DNA of 24,000 nt from Albibacillus kandeliae. GTDB lineage: Bacteria > Pseudomonadota > Alphaproteobacteria > Rhodobacterales > Rhodobacteraceae. The position numbers and the translations under genes are program-made. Each line of letters begins with the position of its first letter. The first letter of the stretch is position 1. Shown piece after piece: positions 7,692 to 14,818 of this stretch. The notes beneath the pieces were generated by a model, which was not told the DNA's origin, did not search any database, and was given only the letters and a program-made list of their open reading frames with translations. The stretch is taken from NCBI RefSeq assembly GCF_003116585.1, contig NZ_QEHM01000003.1:24916-48915 (forward strand), written 5' to 3'.

Positions 7692-9824
7692 ATGTTCAAC
7701 GTAACGAAGAAGAGCATGCAATGGGGCGAGGAAACCCTCACCCTGGAGACGGGCAAGGTTGCCCGTCAGGCAGACGGCACCGTGATCGCTACCCTGGGTG
7801 AGACCAGCGTGATGGCGAACGTGACCTTCGCCAAGGAACCGAAACCCGGCCAGGATTTCTTTCCCCTGACCGTTCATTATCAAGAGAAATATTACGCGGC
7901 CGGTAAAATCCCGGGTGGCTTCTTCAAGCGCGAAGCACGCCCCACCGAGAAAGAAACCCTGACCGCGCGTCTGATTGACCGTCCGATCCGCCCGCTGTTC
8001 GTCCCCGGCTTCAAGCATGAAGTTCTGGTGATGTGCACCGTGCTGAGCCACGACCTCGTCAACGATCCCGACGTCGTCGCGATGATCGCGGCCTCGGCCG
8101 CCCTGACCATCTCCGGCGTGCCCTTCCGCGGCCCGATCGCCGGCTGCCGCGTCGGCTTCGAGGATGGCGAGTACATCCTGAACCCGACCGTCGACGACAT
8201 GCAGGACCTCCGCCTGAACCCGGAGCAGCGTCTCGACCTCGTCGTCGCCGGCACCAAGGACGCCGTGATGATGGTGGAATCGGAAGCCTACGAGCTGACC
8301 GAAGCCGAGATGCTGGGCGCCGTGACCTTCGCGCACGAGCAGATCCAGCCGGTGATCGACCTGATCATCGACCTGGCCGAAGACGCCGCCAAGGAGCCCT
8401 TCGACTTCCACGCGCCGGACTACTCCGCGCTCTACGACGTCGTTAAGGCCGCTGGCGAAGACAAGATGCGCGCCGCCTACGCGATCACCGACAAGCAGGA
8501 GCGCGTTGCCGCTGTTGCCGCCGTCAAGGAAGAGATCAAGTCGGGCCTGACCGAAGAGCAACTGGAAGACGCGAACCTCGGTTCCGCGCTCAAGAAGCTG
8601 GAATCGGTCGTCCTGCGCGGCTCGGTCGTCAAGGAAGGCAAGCGGATCGACGGTCGTGCCCTCGACCAGATCCGTCCGATCGTCGCGGAAACCGGCCTGC
8701 TGCCGCGGACCCACGGCTCGGCGCTGTTCACCCGTGGCGAAACCCAGGGTCTGGTTGTCACCACCCTCGGCACCGGCGACGACGAGCAGTTCATCGACGC
8801 CCTGCACGGCAACTTCAAATCGAACTTCCTGCTGCACTACAACTTCCCGCCGTACTCGGTCGGTGAAGTTGGCCGCGTGGGCTCGCCCGGCCGCCGTGAA
8901 ATCGGCCACGGCAAGCTCGCATGGCGCGCCCTGCAGGCCGTTCTGCCCGCGCCGACCGACTTCCCCTACACCATTCGCGTGGTGTCGGAGATCACCGAGT
9001 CGAACGGCTCCTCCTCGATGGCCTCCGTCTGCGGCGGCTCGCTCTCGATGATGGACGCAGGCGTTCCGCTGAAAGCACCGGTTGCCGGTGTGGCAATGGG
9101 CCTCGTGCTGGAAGACGACGGTTCCTACGCGGTCCTGTCGGACATCCTGGGTGACGAAGACCACCTCGGCGACATGGACTTCAAGGTCGCTGGCACCGAG
9201 AACGGCATCACCTCGCTGCAGATGGACATCAAGGTCGCGGGCATCACCCCCGAGATCATGGAAAAGGCACTGGCTCAGGCCAAGGCCGGCCGCCTGCACA
9301 TCCTGGGCGAGATGAACAAGGCGCTGTCCGGCGTCGGCGAATTCTCGATCCACGCACCGCGCATCGAAACGATGACCGTTCCCACCGACAAGATCCGCGA
9401 AGTGATCGGCTCGGGCGGCAAGGTCATCCGCGAGATCGTGGAAGTGTCGGGCGCCAAGGTCGACATCAACGACGACGGCGTGATCAAGATCGCCTCGCCG
9501 AACGCCGAAGCCATCCAGAAGGCCCACGACATGATCTACGCGATCGTGGCCGAGCCGGAAGAAGGCGGGGTCTACAAGGGCAAGGTCGTGAAGATCGTCG
9601 ACTTCGGCGCCTTCGTGAACTTCTTCGGCAAGCGTGACGGCCTCGTGCACGTCAGCCAGATCGAGAACCGCCGCCTGAACCATCCGTCGGATGTGCTCAA
9701 GGAAGGCCAGGAAGTCTGGGTCAAGCTGCTCGGCTTCGACGATCGCGGCAAGGTGCGCCTGTCGATGAAAGTCGTCGACCAGGAGACCGGCGAAGAAGCC
9801 CAGAAAGAAGACGCAGCCGAGTAA
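7692..9824 (+). CDS. pnp: polyribonucleotide nucleotidyltransferase (PNPase)
   Basis: 710 aa starting [29 protein letters not shown]. Two RNase PH domains plus C-terminal KH and S1 ([28 protein letters not shown]). The listed 7608 start adds a non-homologous extension. Confidence 0.97.
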   Translation: MFNVTKKSMQWGEETLTLETGKVARQADGTVIATLGETSVMANVTFAKEPKPGQDFFPLTVHYQEKYYAAGKIPGGFFKREARPTEKETLTARLIDRPIRPLFVPGFKHEVLVMCTVLSHDLVNDPDVVAMIAASAALTISGVPFRGPIAGCRVGFEDGEYILNPTVDDMQDLRLNPEQRLDLVVAGTKDAVMMVESEAYELTEAEMLGAVTFAHEQIQPVIDLIIDLAEDAAKEPFDFHAPDYSALYDVVKAAGEDKMRAAYAITDKQERVAAVAAVKEEIKSGLTEEQLEDANLGSALKKLESVVLRGSVVKEGKRIDGRALDQIRPIVAETGLLPRTHGSALFTRGETQGLVVTTLGTGDDEQFIDALHGNFKSNFLLHYNFPPYSVGEVGRVGSPGRREIGHGKLAWRALQAVLPAPTDFPYTIRVVSEITESNGSSSMASVCGGSLSMMDAGVPLKAPVAGVAMGLVLEDDGSYAVLSDILGDEDHLGDMDFKVAGTENGITSLQMDIKVAGITPEIMEKALAQAKAGRLHILGEMNKALSGVGEFSIHAPRIETMTVPTDKIREVIGSGGKVIREIVEVSGAKVDINDDGVIKIASPNAEAIQKAHDMIYAIVAEPEEGGVYKGKVVKIVDFGAFVNFFGKRDGLVHVSQIENRRLNHPSDVLKEGQEVWVKLLGFDDRGKVRLSMKVVDQETGEEAQKEDAAE

Positions 9825-9837
9825 TCTCGGCGCCAGC

Positions 9838-9870
9838 GGCCCGCACCACGGTGCGGGCCGTTTCCTTTTC
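9838..9870 (+). terminator. Rho-independent terminator after pnp
   Basis: GGCCCGCAC cacg GTGCGGGCC (9-bp perfect stem) followed by GTTTCCTTTTC. It starts 14 nt after the pnp stop. Confidence 0.8.
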
Positions 9871-9913
9871 GGCGGAACCAGCAAACAAGCGGCACGCGAG
9901 TGTCGGGAACTCC

Positions 9914-10690
9914 ATGCGCATCGTCCTGATCAACATGGCCGACCAGACCCGCCGCCTGGCCTTTCAGCAGCGCCAGCTCGGGCATCTCCGACTGAGCTTC
10001 GAGCGCTTCGAGGCCATCACCCCCGAAACCCTGCCCCCCTATTATCAGGCCATCGACCGCACCCGCTGGGAACGCACGGTCACCCTCGCGGAAATGGCCT
10101 GCCTCGCCAGCCACCGGACCGTCTGGTCCACCGTGGCCGAGGGCACCGATCCTGTCCTTGTCCTCGAAGACGATATCGTGCTGGCGGGCGCGCTGCCCGA
10201 CGTCCTGTCGGACCTCGAACAGCGGACGGACATCGAACACCTCACCTTCGAGGTGCGACGCCGCAAGAAGCTCATCGCGGCCGAGCCCGCCTTTACCAGC
10301 GGCGGCATCGCCATGCACCGGCTCTGGCTCGACCGTTCAGGCGCGGCCGGCTACGTGCTCTGGCCCGCCGGGGCCCGCCGCCTGCTCGCCCACAGCGAGG
10401 GCCGCCCCCATCTCGCCGATGGCGTGATCTGTTCCTGCCCCGATCTGCTGAGCTATCAGGCCGTGCCCGCCCTCGCGTTGCAGGCCGACCGCTGCGCCGT
10501 CTACGGCATTCCCGCCCCGATCGACACCAGTTCCAGCCTCGTGCGTCCGCGCGGCAGGAAGGCCCGCAAGACCGGCGGCCAGCTCATGCGCCGAGTCGCC
10601 GCTCAGGCGCGGTCCGGCGCGCGGTTCGGCAAGATGCTGGGCGGAGCCCAGCGCCTTCACGTGCCGGTCGACCGGGCCATGTTCATCTGA
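9914..10690 (+). CDS. glycosyltransferase family 25 (LPS/LOS biosynthesis-type) protein
   Basis: MRIVLINMADQTRRLAFQQRQL, EMACLASHRTVW and VLEDDIVL are typical GT25 blocks. The listed 9851 start lies inside the pnp terminator, so ATG 9914 is used. Confidence 0.82.
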   Translation: MRIVLINMADQTRRLAFQQRQLGHLRLSFERFEAITPETLPPYYQAIDRTRWERTVTLAEMACLASHRTVWSTVAEGTDPVLVLEDDIVLAGALPDVLSDLEQRTDIEHLTFEVRRRKKLIAAEPAFTSGGIAMHRLWLDRSGAAGYVLWPAGARRLLAHSEGRPHLADGVICSCPDLLSYQAVPALALQADRCAVYGIPAPIDTSSSLVRPRGRKARKTGGQLMRRVAAQARSGARFGKMLGGAQRLHVPVDRAMFI

Positions 10691-10696
10691 AAGCGC

Positions 10697-11428
10697 CTAC
10701 CACCACGCGGTGCGCCCGCGGTGATGCAACCGGCGCATCCGCGCAAACGCGGTATCCTCGTCCTGCAGCCGCAAGAACACGTGCTGCACGATCCGCCCCA
10801 GCGCGCTGTCCTTCGCCTGACGGTCGATCCGCCAGCGCAGGTTGCGCAGCGTATCGTCCGTGCCCACCGTCAGCATCGAAAGCCCGCTGAAGATCGGCAC
10901 AAGATACTCCTGCAGGTGGGCAACCTTCTCCTCATTCACCGGCGGCGCGCTGACATCGGTGATGTAGCGCTCGGACTCGTAGGTCTTCATGGTGTTGACC
11001 ATCATCGAGACGGACAGCGCCATCGCCCGGTTGGCCCGGTCCGGGTCATGGTCGGCAAAGCTGTCGGTCGCGGCCACGACCCAGCGCAGGTTCAGATGCT
11101 CCAGCAGGAACTCCGCCTCGGCCTCCCACATCCGGCGGAACGCGGCAAAGGCCTCGTCGGCCTTGAAATCCCGCCGCATCAGCACGATCAGCTTCGCATG
11201 TTCGAACACCAGTTCGGGCTGCCCCGAAAACTCGCTTCGCAGCGCGTCGAGATGGCTCTGCAGGTCATCGCTCGACCCGCGAGTCTGGCGCGCCTCACCC
11301 GCCTCGATCAGCGTGGATTTCAGCGCCTCGTACTGCCCGTCGATCTCGGGCAGCGCAGCCCCCGCCCGGCGGCGGTGCCGTTTCAGGGAAAAGAACTTCT
11401 CCCAGCGCGCCTTGTCGCGTTTCACCAT
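10697..11428 (-). CDS. hypothetical protein, predicted all-helical, no recognisable motif
   Basis: 243-aa ORF with ATG and SD GAGAGG 8 nt upstream. Amino-acid composition is non-repetitive, unlike the antisense artefact ORFs. Convergent with GT25 (6-nt gap). Confidence 0.7.
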   Translation of the reverse strand: MVKRDKARWEKFFSLKRHRRRAGAALPEIDGQYEALKSTLIEAGEARQTRGSSDDLQSHLDALRSEFSGQPELVFEHAKLIVLMRRDFKADEAFAAFRRMWEAEAEFLLEHLNLRWVVAATDSFADHDPDRANRAMALSVSMMVNTMKTYESERYITDVSAPPVNEEKVAHLQEYLVPIFSGLSMLTVGTDDTLRNLRWRIDRQAKDSALGRIVQHVFLRLQDEDTAFARMRRLHHRGRTAWW

Positions 11429-11492
11429 GGTCCCGACCTCTCTGGCTGTCCGGTCACGAACCGGCTTTCGCGCGCCGCGTCAAGGCGACGAT

Positions 11493-11516
11493 GGGGGCAG
11501 GCAACCGCCCGCCCCC
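11493..11516 (-). other. GC-rich hairpin just downstream of the peroxiredoxin gene (possible U-tract-less terminator or processing site)
   Basis: Minus-strand GGGGGCGGGC ggtt GCCTGCCCCC (10 bp including one G-U). No following U tract. Confidence 0.35.
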
Positions 11517-11523
11517 GCGGCCC

Positions 11524-12177
11524 TCAGGCCGGGTCCTTGGCAAAGCGCAGGTAGGGCAGCGCCTTGTTCAGCGTGCCGTACTTCGCCTCGGCCGCCGCAT
11601 CGTCCAGCGACAGCGCGACGATCACGTCCTGCCCCGCGGTCCAGTTCGCCGGGGTGGCCAGCGGCACGCCATAGGTCTTCTGCAGCCCGTCCAGCGCGCG
11701 CAGCACCTCGGCAAAGTTGCGCCCGACCGACATTGGGTAGGTCATGGTCAGCTGCAGCTTCTTCTCGGGCGAGATGATGAACACCGACCGCACCGTCGCG
11801 GTATCGGCAGGGGTCCGCCCGTCGGGCAGGTAGGCCTCGGCCGGGAGCATGTCGAAAGCCTTGGACACCGCAAGGTCACTGTCGGCGATGATCGGGAACG
11901 AAGGCGTCGCGCCCCCGGCAGTCTCGATATCCGACTTCCAGCGCTTGTGTTCCTCGACGCCGTCGACCGATACGCCGATCACCTTGGTTTTGCGCTTGGC
12001 CCACTCGTCGGCCAGCTGCGCAACGGCGCCGAACTCGGTCGTGCAGACCGGGGTAAAGTCCTTCGGATGAGAGAACAGGATCGCCCAGCTGTCGCCGATC
12101 CAGTCGTGGAAGCTGATGCTGCCCTGATCGGTCTCCGCCGTGAAATCCGGTACGGTATCGTTGATGCGCAGGCCCAT
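11524..12177 (-). CDS. 1-Cys peroxiredoxin (Prx6-type)
   Basis: 217 aa. Peroxidatic motif FTPVCTTE with a single Cys in the protein. SD GAGGGGGA upstream. Confidence 0.93.
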   Translation of the reverse strand: MGLRINDTVPDFTAETDQGSISFHDWIGDSWAILFSHPKDFTPVCTTEFGAVAQLADEWAKRKTKVIGVSVDGVEEHKRWKSDIETAGGATPSFPIIADSDLAVSKAFDMLPAEAYLPDGRTPADTATVRSVFIISPEKKLQLTMTYPMSVGRNFAEVLRALDGLQKTYGVPLATPANWTAGQDVIVALSLDDAAAEAKYGTLNKALPYLRFAKDPA

Positions 12178-12365
12178 GTGGTCTCCCCCTCTTGCTGCGT
12201 GTGCGACTCGGTCCCCGGAAACCTAGTCGCTTCCCCCGCACGTTTCATCCCCCCGCGCCGCGCCATTCTTGCGCAGGCTCCCTTGCCCCGGCCCTGACCC
12301 GGTGACACAGTGACGCCGAATCCCCTGACCGCCCGGTCGGGAATCGAGATGATGGGAGAGACAAA

Positions 12366-13805
12366 ATGATCGAGAAGCGCCAATTCTACATCAACGGCGA
12401 GTGGGTCGACCCGGCCGTTCCGAATGACTTCGAGGTGATTGATCCCTCGACCGAGGAAGCCTGCGCGATCATCTCGCTCGGCTCCAAGGCCGACACCGAC
12501 GCCGCCGTCGCGGCCGCCAAGGACGCGCTGCCGGGCTGGATGTACCTGCCTGCCGAAGAGCGGATCGCCTACGTCGAGAAGCTGCTCGCGATCTACGACA
12601 CCCGCGGCGAGGAACTGGCGCAGGCGATGAGCGCCGAGATGGGCGCCCCGATCGACATGTCGCGCACCCAGCAGGTCGGCTCCGGCTCCTACCACCTCAA
12701 GAACTTCATCCGCGCGGCCAAGGAAGTGCCGTTCGACAAGCCGCTCAGCGACCGGTTCCAGAACGACCGGATCATCATGGAAGCGGTCGGCGTCGCGGCC
12801 CTGATCACCCCGTGGAACTGGCCGATGAACCAGGTGACGCTCAAGGTCGGCGCCGCCGCCATCGCGGGCTGCACCATGGTCCTCAAGCCCTCCGAGCAGA
12901 GCCCGCTGAACGCGATGGTCTTTGCCCAGCTGATGCACGAGGCCGGCTTCCCCAAGGGCGTCTTCAACCTCGTCAACGGCGACGGACCGGGCGTGGGCAC
13001 CCAGCTCTCCGGCCACCCGGACGTCGACATGGTGTCCTTCACCGGCTCGACCCGCGCAGGCATCGCGATCTCGCAGAACGCGGCCAACACGCTGAAGAAG
13101 GTTCACCTTGAACTCGGTGGCAAGGGTGCCAACGTGATCTTCGCCGACGCCGACGAAAAGGCGGTGAAGCGCGGCGTGCTGCACATGATGAACAACACCG
13201 GCCAGTCCTGCAACGCGCCCTCGCGCATGCTGGTCCAGCGCCCGATCTACGACCAGGCGGTCGAGACCGCGGCAGAGGTGGCCAACAGCATCACCGTGGG
13301 CAACGCCCATGACGAGGGCCGCCACATCGGCCCCGTGGTGAACGAGGTGCAGTTCAACAAGATCCAGGACCTGATCCAGAAGGGCATCGACGAAGGCGCC
13401 CGCCTGATCGCCGGTGGCACCGGTCGCCCCGACGGCATGAACCGCGGCTTCTACGTCAAGCCGACGGTCTTTGCCGACGTGAACAACGAGATGACCATCG
13501 CCCGCGAGGAAATCTTTGGCCCCGTTCTGACCATGATCCCCTTCGACACCGAAGAGGAAGCGGTCGAGATTGCCAACGACACGCCCTACGGCCTGACCAA
13601 CTACGTCCAGACCCAGGACGGCGAGCGCGCCAACCGCATGGCACGCAAGCTGCGCTCGGGCATGGTCGAGATGAACGGCCAGTCCCGCAGCCCGGGCGCG
13701 CCCTTCGGCGGCATGAAGCAGTCCGGCAAGGGCCGCGAAGGCGGCGTCTGGGGCATCGAGGACTTCCTCGAGGTCAAGGCCGTCGGTGGCTGGGCCGCCG
13801 AGTAA
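12366..13805 (+). CDS. NAD(P)-dependent aldehyde dehydrogenase family protein
   Basis: 479 aa. Catalytic Glu block ELGGKG, catalytic Cys block GQSCNAPSR, and the PWNWP and EEIFGPV motifs. Confidence 0.93.
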   Translation: MIEKRQFYINGEWVDPAVPNDFEVIDPSTEEACAIISLGSKADTDAAVAAAKDALPGWMYLPAEERIAYVEKLLAIYDTRGEELAQAMSAEMGAPIDMSRTQQVGSGSYHLKNFIRAAKEVPFDKPLSDRFQNDRIIMEAVGVAALITPWNWPMNQVTLKVGAAAIAGCTMVLKPSEQSPLNAMVFAQLMHEAGFPKGVFNLVNGDGPGVGTQLSGHPDVDMVSFTGSTRAGIAISQNAANTLKKVHLELGGKGANVIFADADEKAVKRGVLHMMNNTGQSCNAPSRMLVQRPIYDQAVETAAEVANSITVGNAHDEGRHIGPVVNEVQFNKIQDLIQKGIDEGARLIAGGTGRPDGMNRGFYVKPTVFADVNNEMTIAREEIFGPVLTMIPFDTEEEAVEIANDTPYGLTNYVQTQDGERANRMARKLRSGMVEMNGQSRSPGAPFGGMKQSGKGREGGVWGIEDFLEVKAVGGWAAE

Positions 13806-13864
13806 CCTCCGGCCCTCATCGCAACGGACCGGCTTCGCCAATCTGCGACGCTGACGATCAAATC

Positions 13865-13902
13865 AAACCCTGCCGCATCTTTTGCGGCAGGGTTTTTCTT
13901 TC
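13865..13902 (+). terminator. Rho-independent terminator after the aldehyde dehydrogenase gene
   Basis: AAACCCTGCCGCA tcttt TGCGGCAGGGTTT (13-bp perfect stem) running into TTTTTCTTTC. Confidence 0.85.
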
Positions 13903-14073
13903 AGCATTAACGACCAATTTAGAAAACCATCGCAATTTAAGAAGAACCACCTGAATACCCGTGAATTTCCCCAAACGTTTCGAAGCCTCGGGCCTGTCGC
14001 GAGCCTCATGGCTTCTGGAGTGACCCAGAACATAGAATTGTCTTTTCATTTCACCGGCTGAAGATGAGGGAAA

Positions 14074-14484
14074 ATGGCTAAGCACAGGCCTTTTGACATC
14101 TTCCCAGGCCCGATGCCCGACGAAGACATATACCGGACTCTAGGAATTGAGCTTGAACCCGGTGAGGTCAAGTTCTCGGCGGCGGCCCAGAAGCATGCAT
14201 TTAAGCGTCACCCCAATGATGTACCGCGCATCGTTCCACACTTGTCTCAGATCATCTCATGCCCCACCTACCTCGGCGATGACCACAGAAATGCAGAAAA
14301 AATCGAAATCGTTGGCCGAATTCCGGGTGTTGGCGGTGCAGCCTTGATCGCGCTCACCATTCAGAAGAATGAGGCGGATGGCTTCTATCATGTCTGCTCT
14401 AGTTACTTCATCACTCAGTCAGAACTCGACAAGAAGCGGCACAAGGGAATTCTGAAGATAGTCAAACCAAGGCCCAAGCCTTGA
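14074..14484 (+). CDS. small BECR-fold nuclease-like protein (PBECR, phage-Barnase-EndoU-ColicinE5/D-RelE-like family candidate); putative toxin
   Basis: 136-aa ORF with SD GAGGGA 5 nt upstream of the ATG. Codon usage is atypical for the host (AGG, AGA, ATA, CTA). The layout QKHAFKRHPNDV / IISCPTYLG / EKIEIVGRI / ALIALTIQKNEADGFYHVCSSYFI / KKRHKG matches my recollection of stand-alone PBECR proteins. The family call is from memory, not from a search. Confidence 0.7.
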   Translation: MAKHRPFDIFPGPMPDEDIYRTLGIELEPGEVKFSAAAQKHAFKRHPNDVPRIVPHLSQIISCPTYLGDDHRNAEKIEIVGRIPGVGGAALIALTIQKNEADGFYHVCSSYFITQSELDKKRHKGILKIVKPRPKP

Positions 14485-14659
14485 CACACCAAGGGGCGGC
14501 TACTATCTCCATTCGCAAGTTCTTGAAAGTGTAAGGTGAGAACACCCGCCTCACACACCGTCGCAAGACGGTAAAGTAGGTCCAAGGACCGAAGAGATAC
14601 CGGATTTGATGGCATTGCTGTCAAATGAAAACTGGGACCCGGTTGCACTTTCGACATAG

Positions 14660-14687
14660 CCCCGCCTCTGGCGGGGTTTTTCTTTTC
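14660..14687 (+). terminator. Rho-independent terminator closing the islet transcript
   Basis: CCCCGCC tct GGCGGGG followed by TTTTTCTTTTC. Confidence 0.8.
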
Positions 14688-14818
14688 CTGCCCGGTGCAG
14701 CGAGACGCGTCGAGAAGAGGGTGGATTCTTCTCGCAATCGCTTACACTTGCCTTTGGGGATTCGGTGCGGGAGGAGGGCCGGATTGGCCACCCTTGCGCG
14801 CCCGGACAGGGAAGGGTC

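Larger units (their letters stand above)
13903..14687. other. low-GC islet, probable horizontally acquired insertion without a recognisable mobility gene
   Basis: Counted examples: 13921-13980 is 24/60 G+C, versus 46/60 at 15481-15540. Bounded on both sides by intrinsic terminators that share the 12-mer GGGTTTTTCTTT. Confidence 0.55.

Noticed and set aside
7440-9884. 814-aa ORF antisense to pnp
   Set aside because: It exactly shadows a certain gene. Its composition is dominated by Arg/Ala/Gly/Asp/His/Val with no motifs. Long stop-free antisense frames are expected at this GC content.
13858-14085. 75-aa minus-strand ORF at the left edge of the islet
   Set aside because: It reads through the 13-bp-stem aldehyde dehydrogenase terminator and overlaps the start of the toxin-like gene. 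It has no motif and no convincing SD.
14415-14657. 80-aa minus-strand ORF antisense to the toxin 3' end and the structured region (possible antitoxin)
   Set aside because: It has an ATG with GAGG 7 nt upstream, but that SD lies inside the terminator stem. The ORF overlaps 70 nt of the toxin gene, and the Leu/Ser/Pro-rich sequence shows no DNA-binding or antitoxin-like motif. It is not supported, though it cannot be fully excluded without expression data.
13903-14687. tRNA or tmRNA fragment, or an integrase, marking the islet as a classical genomic island
   Set aside because: No GGTTCGAATCC-type T-arm or cloverleaf could be found by eye. There is no recombinase ORF in any frame. The only boundary signature is the 12-mer shared by two terminators.
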